A DNA stretch of 64,000 nucleotides from Catajapyx aquilonaris (Eukaryota). Below are positions 52,501 to 64,000 of this stretch, one piece after another (positions within the stretch are counted from its first letter, which is position 1; each line of letters starts with the position of its first letter). Position numbers and translations under genes: made by a program. The stretch lies in the NCBI GenBank assembly GCA_000934665.2, contig JYFJ02000689.1, positions 1 through 64,000 of the forward strand, in the 5' to 3' direction. The notes beneath the pieces are model-generated. The model saw only the letters and a list, made by a program, of their open reading frames with translations. It made no database searches and was not told the DNA's origin.

Positions 52501-54847
52501 ATAATTCACACCCGTAGCCTCTGAAGGTTCATTCCAGAACCTTGTTAACGTCGCAAACGTCAGCCATTTTGTTTCCCCACGAGCGTAGCGTTGGAAATAC
52601 TGTACTTGCAGAGCTTATATGCACCAGTATACCCACTACACATGGAGCTTACCAGAGATGTATCAATTGATAATGCCAACCGTGCTGGCTGCGTGAACTG
52701 TGGTGCGGATTCGGTTGTGCGCACATTTAAAAAAAAAAATCATATTATATAAAAAAAATTTAATTATTCGTCACTTAGATTCGCTCTTTTCCCGGCAGCA
52801 CCACCAGTACGACACCATTAATGCCGTTCAGCACTGTTACACACTTCCCAGGCTTGTTAATACAGTATTTTTAAAAATATTTTAATTATGGGCGGTGGCC
52901 TCGCTCTGATTCCCACGTGTGTTGTGTGTTGCAGAATTCGGAGGAAGACCTGCCCACATGCTCGCCCTGGAGCGTGTGCAATAAGGTGGACACCTACGAG
53001 AGGCCGTGGATAGAGAGGCAGTGCAGGTGTCCAGGCGAGAAGGAGTGCTCGTCCGACCTGGACGCGTCAGATGGACACACCATCACGGACAGGACGAGGC
53101 ATTTCAAAGTAAGGTTATATTCTCTGGCCATCGGTTTGTCCGAAACATTTTGTGTATAAATGACCCCTACTGACAGATGTGCGAGCCGGTAAAGCGTCTC
53201 CCCAAATGCCGGTTCTTCCACGACGTGACCTGGACGTTGGTCAGCTCACCGAGCAACGTGACCCAGCAGGTCATGCACTGCCATTGCCCCAAGAACTCGG
53301 TGGCCTACCTGCTCAAGAGGTTGGCCTACCAGACGGAGGAGGGGCCAGGCTACCAGTACTCATTCGCCTGTTCACCTCAAAGCGTAAGATTCGCCAAAAT
53401 AATATTCTTTTTTGCAAAAATTATGATAAATAAAAATAATTGCATACTCCGGATAAATGCATTTCGGATAATTGCATACTGCGGATATTTGCATAATATA
53501 GTGATTATAATCGAATCTGCCAAATATTCACCATTTTTGCAAATAAAAAAATATTGCATACTCCGGATAAATGCATTACTGATATTTGCATAACATTGCC
53601 GAATCGTTTGCAAAAATAAAAATAATTGCACACTCCGGATAATCGCATTACGGATAATTGCATGCTCCGGATATTTGCATGATATACGGTAGTGATTATA
53701 GTCGAATCTCCCGAATGTTAACAAAATATTTTTTGCAAAAATAATAAATAAAAATAATTACATATTCAGGATAAATGCATTTCGAATATTTGCATCATAT
53801 TGCCGAATCGTTTGAAAAAATAGAAATAAATAAAACTAGTTGCATACTCTGGATAAATGCATTACGCATAATTGCATACTCCGCGTATTCGCATAATATT
53901 GCCGAATCTGCCGAATAATCACAAAATATCTTTGCCATAATAAAATAATAAATCAATATAATTGCATACTCCAGATAAATGCATTACGGATACTTTCATT
54001 CTCCGGATATTTGCATAATATTGCCGAATAGGTCGAATAATCACACAAAAAATTGCAAATAAATTTCGCAGTTCAAAACATTCATCACTGCACTATGGTC
54101 AGATATCTCCAACTCTTGAGGGTGGACAGGACGTGCTTATCATTCAGGAAGGTGTAGTTAAAAATGCAATTGCGCACATTGCATTTAAGGCAGGACCACA
54201 ACCGGGGGTGGGTATAATGGCGTAAAGGTAATTTAAGAATCATCAATCCGAGTTGAGGCAGCTCTCGAATGGTAAAAGTTGATTGCTTGCCATGGTTGCA
54301 AATTGACATGTTACAAGTGCAGGATATACGTAAGTGGGCGTGAAGCAGACAAAATATAACATAATTATGCCACATACTCTCTTAATCGCATTAGAAATTA
54401 CCACACACTCTAGGTCTAGGAGCATTACGAATAATTTAATTACGAATAACTGCAGACGTCGGATAATGTCATACTTCGGATAATCGCATATTCCGAATAA
54501 ATGCATACTCCGGATAATTTCATACTTCGGATATTTGCATAATCGGTCAAATCCGCCGGATAATCGCAGAATTCTACGAACGGTTATGCAATTAACCGGT
54601 GTGTACTATAGTGAGTCAGACTAATGTTTTCATTTCTTTCCGGCAGAGATTGAGGTGCCAGCGGAAGGAGCCATGTCGGCTGTTCACGGTCAGGAAGCGA
54701 CCAGAGGTGAACGAAGTCAACACAAACACCCTGTGCCAGTGTCCACATAACTTCCATTGTCCGAGGCACCATACCGACGCAGGGGTCATACCTGGGAAGA
54801 CCTTCACTCAAGACTCGGTCCGCACCTACAGCGGTTATTGCATCTGA
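49575..54847 (+). CDS. aos: Argos / giant-lens, secreted EGFR-ligand antagonist, 243 aa
   Basis: Signal peptide, FYQVGNSEEDLPTC..VCNKVDTYERPWIERQCRCP, DGHTITDRTRHFKMCEPV, CHCPKNSVAYL, RLRCQRKEPCRLFTVRKR...YSGYC. Exons: 49575-49724, 52935-53108, 53177-53383, 54647-54847, all phase 0. Confidence 0.95.
50010..50880. repeat. Degenerate repeat rich in TGACGTCA/GTGGCACC in argos intron 1
   Basis: Repeated modules such as atgacgtcacaaacatggtggcaccttgt. Confidence 0.8.
51140..51530. promoter_or_regulatory. Candidate EGFR/MAPK-responsive enhancer in argos intron 1
   Basis: TTCATTCA (Cic octamer TGAATGAA) at 51425-51432 and 51495-51502, near-match at 51517-51524, AP-1 TGACTCA at 51143-51149, several GGAA cores. 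Confidence 0.55.
53400..54590. repeat. Degenerate repeat (ttgcatactccggataaatgcatt...) in argos intron 3
   Basis: Multiple units of about 100 bp at 53400-54060 and 54440-54590. Confidence 0.8.
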
Positions 54848-55429
54848 TTTAGTTGCAATAGTTGTTTTTTTTTTGTCATAAAGAGTTTGCTCATCAAGTC
54901 ATAACATACGAGGGGGTCATACGAGTGTGCCAATCAAAGTGTTGCTTAAAAAAAAGTGTGCAAGACCTTCCCGCACCCCCTAAAAATTTAGTGGGATTAT
55001 TCCCATAACCACAGATAAGCTTTCCCATAGTGCGGACATTTAATTATTTTTTATTGGGAATATATGAGTGGATGACCTACGTCACTCGTTGCGTACCTGA
55101 AGTAATTGACTATACTCAGAGACAGTGAGGACAGTCAACAAAACACTGGCTCAATAGGTGGAAATAAAATGCCATGGCACTCTCAGGTTATGGGTCCTTC
55201 AAAGTTAATCATGTGCAGGAGGACATGCCTTGGTTTCGATTTAACTTAAATGATAACAGAAGATTAGCCTTTTGTTTCCTCAGCAAGGCTCGTTACATCT
55301 ATTTAGACGTGACATGTTACGTCTGAATAGACGTAACATTTTACAAACATGCCACGTCTAAATAGACGTCTAAATCGTCGAGATTAAGTTTGATATAATT
55401 TTTTTAGATGCTGTTTTTTCGACCTTCTA

Positions 55430-56050
55430 CTAACGTTAGTGGCAGCTACTAAAGATAGCAAACGTTACTCCTGGCTTCAAATAGAATATTTAGTACCTTC
55501 AATAAATGCGTTTCTTCGTTTTGATAAAGTTAGTGGCAGTTACTAACTTTAATACAGCAACTTTCTTTAGCTGTTGATGGTGTCTGCTGATGTAAGCAAT
55601 TATGTGTTACTAGCAGCTGCTCAAGTTAGTGACAGTTACTAACTTTAATGAAGGAACGTCACGTCCTTTAGCTAAAGTTAGTGGCCTGTGCCTGTTAGTA
55701 GCAGCTGATAAAGTTAGTGGCCGTTACTAACTTTAATACGGCAACTTTCTCTAGCTGTTGGTGTTGTCTGCTCATGTCAGCAATTATGTGTTGCTAGCAG
55801 CTGCTGCTAAAGTTAGTGACAGTTACTAACGTCAATAGAGCAACTTCCTTTAGCACATCTTTCTGCTAACTGTGGCGTCGTCTTTTACGAATTACGTGTT
55901 AGTAGCAGCTGCTAAAGTTAGTGACAGTTATACTAACGTCAATAGAGCAACTTCCTTTAGCACATCTTTCTGCTAAATGTGGCGGCGTCTTTAAGCAATT
56001 ACGTGTTAGTAGCATCTACTAAAGTTAACAGTTAATGGCAGCCACTAGTG
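55430..56050. repeat. Degenerate repeat (aagttagtggcagttactaac)
   Basis: Repeated units of about 100 bp whose core resembles the family A MITE interior. Confidence 0.7.
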
Positions 56051-56850
56051 TAGTGATAAGTACTAGACATAATCACCTGTTAATAGCTACCTCTGACTTT
56101 AATAGAAGGTCGAAAAACGCTCGTTTCCCATAGATCTTACGTTCTTTTTTAAAAAATAAATAAAAATAAATCTTTAACATACATTACTTCTAGTTTACTG
56201 CATGTTATCGCCATGAATATAAAGCTCAAATTGTCCCGAAAAGCTATGTTTCCCGTTATAAACCGTTATATAACTTTTATAGCAGTTGCAAATCTCACTA
56301 CCAGCAATTATTTACAATCAATGTTCGTGTCATTTTTAAAAATGTACAAATCGGTCAAGTGAGTCCTAAGTGTTTTAAAAAATAGTTTTTTTTGTGTGTT
56401 TCTTTTTTCCTAGCCAGTTATTTTTTACTGATGGCCCTCCCATTAAAGCAGATACGTCACTACCGGTTTTGTGTTCAGTTATTTCATTTGCAGGCAGATG
56501 GCGTGTGAATCAGCTCGAATAATGTTCGAGCCTGCAAAGGTGTCGCCATCTGGTCGGTTCAACCAACTACATGCACCTTTATGTACCCCTCAATTACCCC
56601 CCCGAAGATAGTCGCAAAAAAGGACCCTCATACTTTCATAGTGCACCGTACAGTTTTGTGCAAATCCGGAAGTGGCAATTTGCACACACGAAATTTCGAC
56701 TATAAAATGGCAATAAATCAGCTTTATCTGAGTGCTTCTCGGTTGCACAACTTTCAAACTACCGTAGTTGAAGGGGCGGAAAAAAATATAAAGATTGATA
56801 TCTGCAGGGTCGTCTCGCTTCAATGATTGGCGTAAACAGCTTCCTCAATA

Positions 56851-57000
56851 CAGGGTGGTCCATTGCTACAGTTCAAAAGCCTCTGATCACATTTTTTCCC
56901 CTCAACTATAGTATATTTTTGACTGCTCTTTATAGTACAAGGAGCCCTTGCAATGGACAAAAATGGGTTTAAATTTTTTGATGGCGTGTGGACCACCCTG
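56851..57000. mobile_element. Tc1/mariner-type MITE sharing the CAGGGTGGTCC TIR with the 19283 element
   Basis: Ends read TA|CAGGGTGGTCC...GGACCACCCTG|TG, with a different interior. Confidence 0.6.
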
Positions 57001-57571
57001 TGTAACGTAATAACGGACATTGCCTCGCATGATTTCCGGATGTATCGGACACCGTAAATAGCGACAATTGTACGTCTCCAGGTTGCCCGTCACGACTCCG
57101 TGAGTTTCTCAAGTCATGAAAAATAATAATAAAAAAAAGAGAGAGAGAGAAGTTATAATACGCGTTGCCCGAGACATAACTGGGTATATCATTTTTCTTC
57201 GGTCTAAATACTGGGGCCAAGAGAGGCACGCCCCAGACGAGTCTGGAATTTCGTATGTGCACCATACGTTGTACAAACTTACATAACAATGCTTGCGTAA
57301 CCTAAATAGATAACAGCCCCCCCAAATTATGACAAACCGAAATCTATATACACATGTTGCTCAACTATATCACCTGAAGACACTGGACACATTACCCTCT
57401 CAATAATCACACGTAAATTCCCCGACTTTCGTCACCCCAGTGACAAACACCTGATAAGTGCAAATTGCCCGTGAGTTCAAGGCAGTTGTCTAATTACTGC
57501 ACCTGAGTAGTTATGTATAAAAACGGGGGCATATGTTGGATGACCAGCACATCTCAACAACACAAGCCATC

Positions 57572-58185
57572 ATGAAGGTCCTGCTCCTGGTAAGTTCACT
57601 GTGATTATTTCAATACTTAAATGTCTATTTAGACGTGACATATTTGGAAAATGTTAAAGTCAGTTATTTCCATCAGTTGTCAAATTATTCTGTTAGGACA
57701 CATTGTTACATCCTCGGGTGTGATGTGGTATGTTCCTCCTTAGGTTGTGGTCGTTTTGGTTACGGTGTATGGACAGCCCCTAGTGGGAACGGAGACTAAG
57801 GAGCACCACCAAACAACGGAGGTGGTGATGGATGTCGAGAAGCATCACCACGCAGAGTCTCCTGCCGTCAAGCTGACAGGGCACGTCGTCGAGGGTGACA
57901 AGCACATCGTAGAAGGTGACAAGCACGTCGAGGATCTAAAGACCGAACCTTTCCTGTTCTACGGAGGTTTCGGTGGATACGGAGGATACGGAGGATATGG
58001 CGGATACGGAGGATACGGCGGATATGGCGGATACGGCGGATACGGGTATGGCGGCTATCCATACTACGGCTACGGCTACGGCTACGGGTAAGATACGACT
58101 ACGGCTATGGGTAAGGGTACTTGCATTTTTTGGGAATAAATTTTAATAACAATTGTTTCATTGCAGGTACCCTTATTGGGGCTGA
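57572..58185 (+). CDS. Small secreted His-rich, Gly/Tyr-rich (GGY)n protein, 126 aa (cuticular or neuropeptide-like class)
   Basis: TATAAAA at 57516. Exons: 57572-57589 (MKVLLL), 57744-58087, 58167-58185 (ending YPYWG*). Signal peptide present. AATAAA at ~58218. Confidence 0.85.
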
Positions 58186-58686
58186 TTTATTCTGGCAGTT
58201 TGTAACCCTAAATATGCAATAAAACGCAGTATAGCTCTTGTACTATGAGAACATTTTTCTTCCTCCATATCCAACCCCCACCTTCTCTATAATAGGAACA
58301 AACCGCACCTAAATGGCCGCCTGCTGCGATTGCGAAAACCTCGGTATAAAAGTTGGCCATTCTTCCTCTTTGGGCAACCCTCTTGTAGCTACGTACAAAA
58401 CAAGACCCCAAGATTTCGACCCCGGAGTCGTGATCGTCGTTCCGGGAGAGAGCGACATTTTCCACCAACACTGAAACCAATGCGATTTCCGCACAGACAT
58501 GCGAGACTATCAAGAGATGACTACACACTTTTCAATCACCCGTTATGTCCTCCATGTTTTTTTTTGTAAAGCGAAACAGCCTCAATTGAATCTGCATGTG
58601 CAAAACAAGGGGCGAAAGTCTGTGCCTCTGTTTACAGTGAGTCATCACTAGTCATCTATGTGAGACACATGACACTTGTATACGGA

Positions 58687-58931
58687 CAGGGGTTGCCATT
58701 TCCCAATTATTCTCATTATAATTGCAATTTTCTCATTGCACTATAACCTCCTGAGACCCCTGGTACAGTATACTGTACCTTTGTTTTTTCCAGCACCTTC
58801 TGACTAACTCAAACGCGTAAAAAAAGAGGTACAGTATACTGTACCAGGGGTCTCAGGAGGATAATAGACACAATTGCTATTTTAACATTTATAGTGAGTA
58901 AATGAGAATAATGAGGGAAATGGCCACCCTA
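58687..58931. mobile_element. hAT-like MITE (GGGTTGCCATTTCCC TIR) containing a nested piggyBac-like MITE at 58747-58860
   Basis: Outer imperfect TIRs ggttgccatttccc.attattctcatt / aatgagaataat..gggaaatggccaccct. Inner element CCTCCTGAGACCCC...GGGGTCTCAGGAGG has ATAA on both sides. Confidence 0.7.
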
Positions 58932-59509
58932 TAGGTGACATATGTCCCACACACGTGTGTTCACGAGCCAAAATAATTAACCCACAAAATTATGACACAC
59001 TGATACAATAACGGCGCGCCTTAACTTTTTTTGTTTTTTAAACGGATGGTTTTAATCCACATGGTTGATCAATCGTGATTTTCACCGTTTAGATGGACTG
59101 CCTCACGTAATATTCACAGTCTTATTTGGATGCGTCACGCATTCCGGGCTCGATGGAGCCGAAATTAGTGGGCCAAACTATTGCTCAGCGGAAAAACAAC
59201 AAGTGGCGATCAGTAGACAGCTAGAGAGAGAGAGAAAAAAAAATTATATATAAAGGTTCATATCTCCTGACATCCCGTTATGGGCAACGTAGCGGGCTAA
59301 CAAGGGGGCAGTTATATCAAACAGAGTGCCAACAAAACGGAGACAAACGGTAAAAGAAAAACTAAGGCCACTCGTCAATAACAATTTCTGGGGGAAAAAT
59401 ATAATGATATTGTCTCCAGGACTAAATATAAAAACAGCAATGTTCATCATCACTTCGGACGCTCAAGTCACCTCAGTTCTCATGTTTTCATTTATTATAA
59501 TTTTTATTT

Positions 59510-59810
59510 TATTTACCATAGTTTAAGAAATAATTTACCATAGTTTAATAAATAATTTATCATAGTTTCATTAATAAATAATTTATCATAGTTTCATTAA
59601 TAATTTCATTTATCATAGTTTAATTATTTACTTTATTTATCATAGTTTAAATTATTTACATTATTTATCATAGTTTAAATTATTTACATTATTTATCATA
59701 GTTTAAATTATTTACATTATTTATCATAGTTTAAATTATTTACATTATTTATCATAGTTTAAATTATTTACATTATTTATCAGAGTTTAAATTATTTACA
59801 TTATTTATCA
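59510..59810. repeat. 28-bp AT-rich tandem repeat (atttatcatagtttaaattatttacatt)
   Basis: About 10 copies. Confidence 0.9.
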
Positions 59811-62800
59811 TATTTTGGCCAGGTGGATTGCACTTGTACCTGGTCATCGCTGGTAATCATGAGAAAATACCGTGATTGAAAGTAACTATTTTAATTCTTC
59901 GTTAATTATTTTATTTCATTTATCACATTTTTACTATTACTATATTTTATTCATTTATTCATTAGTTCAATTACTTATTATTTATTTCAATTATCATTAC
60001 ATTTTCATTATTTATTATTGCATTTTCATTATTTATTATTACATTTTAATTGTTTATTATTGCATTTTAATTGTTTATTATTACATTTTAATTATTCATT
60101 ATTTTCATCTATTATTTATTTCGTTATTGTTTAATTTGCCAGTTTGGAAAATTACGAATCGTTCAAATCGAGCACAATTCGGCTCCAAATCGATTATTAT
60201 AAATAACGGCAAAATAAATGTCACCCAAGAATATCGTCACCCACAAATATCGATGTATCGACACATTGCTAAAAAGGAAGTGACATTATTTTTGGTGGTT
60301 TTTTGCTAACTAAAGGCGCTCTTTTCATCCTTTCGCGTGTGCTCAGATCTCTTCCGTTTTATAGGAAGGGGGAAAAAAAGTGTCGCCATGTTATTGGCCA
60401 CACCGCGACAATACACGGGTTTCCTACAAAAATGTCCAGGCCTCAGCCAAGTGTAACAAGTGCAAAAAAAAAATTGAATTACACCCACCAAAAAATCATT
60501 AATGAAGGCACGAGCTTTTTCAGCTACAGGATCGCGGCGGGGGACTCTTCAAAAGGAGGTTCGCAAGAGCGTGGAAATAAGTATAAAATATAATATATAA
60601 AAAATCGTGGAACAAATCCGGAACCTTTTTCGTCATACCACGAACTTCCTCTCCGGTCAGTCCCTCTCTTCATATACCCAAAAGGTGACGGATGAGTGGG
60701 CACAGCAGCATGCCTTTGGAGGAACATATTTTGGAAGTACGATATATATGGTGCGCTCCTTGGTGTTGACTCCAACCCGGAAGGAATAACTTTGAAGCAA
60801 CATTGGTCCTATAATAACGGTGTTGTCGTTTGCCTTGTGAAGGACGGTTTAATTCCAGGTGTCTGTATACGGGTTGTTATGCGCACATGTTAGAATGTGG
60901 CACAAGCTCATTGGCATGCTTGTACGGCATGGGTGCCAACATTATTTCATGTCGGATTACCGGGTCATACTGCATGGATTCGGACTGCTAAGTACGGTGG
61001 AAAAAAAAAAATTGTAGCGTCTAATCTCAACCCAGATCATTTGCTCATGGAAGCATTAATTCCATGGAAGTCAGACGGATTTATTTAAAACCAATTCCAG
61101 CAACAATTAAGCGGCAACATCAATGCATTTTCTTCTATACTTACTGAATAGTTTGCAAAAATATACTCAATTCACACATTTAAAAGTATGTGTAATACAT
61201 TAATAATATAAAATAGTATTAATTTATTTTTTAAAAAAAATTACAATAATTTCAGTCAATAAATATTTTCATACTATAATCACTTTGGAATATAAACCAA
61301 TAATTTTACAAAATAAATTGCATAAATTCCATTCTAGAAATTCATAATTTCATTACATAAATGAATTTCATTCAATAAATTAATTTCATTCTAAAAATTT
61401 AAGCTTTCATTCTAGAAATTAATTTTACAATAAAAAGTCTTATTAATTTAATAATGACACAATATCATTTAATATAACTTCAAAAATTAACATAGTTTAC
61501 AAATAATATTGATATACGAGAAAATCGTACAATATACTGTATAATGATTTATAATATAATTTGATAATACAATAACAGTTTACAATACAACAATATTTTA
61601 TAATATTATCTTATAATCCAATAATTTCAGAATGTAATAGACTAATTTTATAATATAGTAGGTTAATATATTCCTATTAATATAATAATTCGCCACGAGT
61701 GTTAATCGAGACCCATCAGGTAAGACAGGTCGGCTTCAGACGCAAATTAAAATACAAATTATTATATTAATATTAATATAATAATTTGACACGCGTGTGG
61801 TTACATAAGCGAGACCCAGTTAAGACAGGCCAGCTTCAGGCGCAAACTAACCGTACACACACACATCACTCCAATTCGCACATGGCGGCCTTCACACAGA
61901 CACACACTGTCCATCAGCATCCTTCTGCCTGGGATTAAGAGCGACCTCTTGCGAAAGTGCATCGGTCCTCATTTCCACGTGACACTGTCACTATATAGTA
62001 TACACAGTGTATGTGGTGCGTGAAGGAAGACAGATCATCTTCTGAGGGAGAGATCCAAAGAAGGTCGTCCCCACCATGTGATGTCGCTCTTATAAAATGA
62101 CGACACAACGAAACTATAACTGTGAATTCGTCACCCTGCTGCCGGCCCGCTCTAATTTAACGTCTCTCCTGTATAATTAAAGGTAATGACCCCCACAAAG
62201 AGTGTAATAAATAACCAGAATAAAGAAGGTGCATAAAATACGACGCAATTACGGCTGACACCCAGAGTAATTACAATGGGGGTAATTGTTGCGTTTAAAA
62301 ATTATTTCTCGACAGTGACGCACGAAAAAAATGACGAAACGCGAGCTGACTTCTACATATTAATAATAAATCGCAAAAAAAATGTGTCTCACTATATTTA
62401 TATCATCTGGAAATGTAACAATGCGCTTTTTTTTGCACTAAATTTGTGCCATCCTGTTAATGACTAATTGTAAAAAGTTCATTTCGTCGCACTATTTCTA
62501 TCAAGAACGGTTCCTTATCTGTAAATGCAACAATTGCGTATTTTTTGCACATTTTGGCCAACTTCATCTACATATTAATGATAAAAAGTAAAAATGTTTA
62601 TTTAGACCGATTATTTCTCTCAAAAATGCTCCTTGTCTGTAAATGCAACAATTGCGCATTTTCGCCAATTTTGGCCGGGATACCGGAATATTTGAGCAAC
62701 GTTCAGGTTGCTGACCTGCCAACCACAACGTACCTCACCTGTGGTACCTGTTATAACAAGAGATTCACTTCAAGCATAACTGCAATTTTTTTTATTTAAA

Positions 62801-63248
62801 AGCAACACCTTCAAAACGAATCTCAAAATGCCGGAACTGCATATTATTAAATTCCATCCAGTTTCCCCACAGTCAATTAATCAGCGGTTAACAAAAACTC
62901 TTCGTTATAATGTTCGCCCCCCTGCAAAACCAACGCTTTGTGACAAGAGGGTCATATTAGTCTTCAACACATCATCACTCCTCCGTAAACTTCTTAGGGT
63001 GTCGCCAGGGTCCCCCCCCAACAATGGTTGGGTTCATCATCAGAAGCTCAGGATTGGCCACAGCTCGGATGATACCAAGATCCTGGTTGGTCGAAAAGAG
63101 GCAAGTCCAGCAGTGGTGGCAGATGGTGCGGATGACTCCTGCTGCACTCCTTCCGTGCTGGTAACGGTGCAAAGCCCGCCCTTTTCTGGACAAAGCTACC
63201 AGTGCGCCGGAAGCGTTGGCCGCTGGCGGACCACTGTTGCCTTAAACC

Positions 63249-63626
63249 ATGAGCCATCAACTTGTGATAGTGCTGGTGCTGGTGGTGCTGGGTACTGTGG
63301 ACGCAGGTTCCAGACGACAATCCAAACCGATCAAGATGAACGCGACTGAAACTGTGACGCCAAAGAAGACCACTGTTGGGACATCGCAGAGGACAACTGT
63401 TGGGATATCCACGAAGACAACGACATTGAACACCGCATTAAAATCAACTATTATAATCGCAAGGACAACCCCATTCACAACCACAACCACAACAACAGTG
63501 CCTCCAACCACCACCGACATCACTACCCAAACACCATCGTTGGAGAGCCGTACAGGCGAAGAACAAGACGAGTACCTACTGTATCCAAAGGCCGACAGCA
63601 GCCAGGAGCACACACCTCATCTGAAG
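63249..63626 (+). CDS. First coding exon of a secreted or membrane protein with a Thr-rich mucin-like stalk
   Basis: aaaccATG context, signal peptide MSHQLVIVLVLVVLGTVDA, Thr-rich tract, NAT sequon, probable donor AAG|gtaaca at 63627. If unspliced, the ORF stops at 63638. Confidence 0.65.
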
Positions 63627-64000
63627 GTAACACCATGATGTTGACACTTTCCTCCACTAGTGCGACAATCATTTTGCGTCTTATAGTACTAATAATTGTC
63701 GTCAAATATTTATCAACTATGTCATATCCACAGTGATACACATCCTTTATCGTGATTGCTTCACGCCCTGACTCCCACAGTGACCATGCCAGCATGACAT
63801 TTCGCCGTTACGTATACCTCCCAAAAAAAAACGAGGTCCTCCCCTTTGCATAATTTTTATGTTAATATAGTCAGCATTCATGCGAGACACATAAGGACAG
63901 TCCAACATACCATCTATAAAAAGGAGGTTAGCAAAAAAGAAACGCTATGAAAACACCGCAATCCGTACAACTGTAGCATCAAGAGTCACGTCTTAAGAAT

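Noticed and set aside
60524..61088. Short ORFs in a GC-richer patch as missing EFL1 exons
   Set aside because: I could not recognise EFL1 or any other motif in the frames read.

Overview
This is intron-rich eukaryotic DNA, most likely from an arthropod: it carries argos, and it also carries class IX myosin, which Drosophila lacks. On the minus strand are a complete 26-exon myosin IX gene (~2108 aa), mitochondrial Lon protease (10 exons, 938 aa), a HAX1-like gene (5 exons, 243 aa) and the last two coding exons of EFL1, joined by a GC-AG intron. On the plus strand are RpL36, argos (4 exons, 243 aa), a secreted Gly/Tyr-rich peptide gene and the first exon of a secreted Thr-rich protein. The last three appear to be nested antisense in a >18 kb EFL1 intron. 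Long introns and spacers hold locus-specific AT-rich minisatellites, several MITE families (some nested, with readable TSDs), Helitron-like fragments and a tRNA-derived SINE. The main leads are the EFL1/argos nesting, Capicua/ETS sites at argos, possible ancient microsynteny, alternative myosin IX C-termini and loop-2 microexons, a candidate internal promoter in myosin IX, and uORFs at Lon. Exon boundaries were read by hand, and the summed lengths of the complete genes are divisible by 3. Family assignments rest on motif recognition only; no searches were run. I found no clearly novel system.
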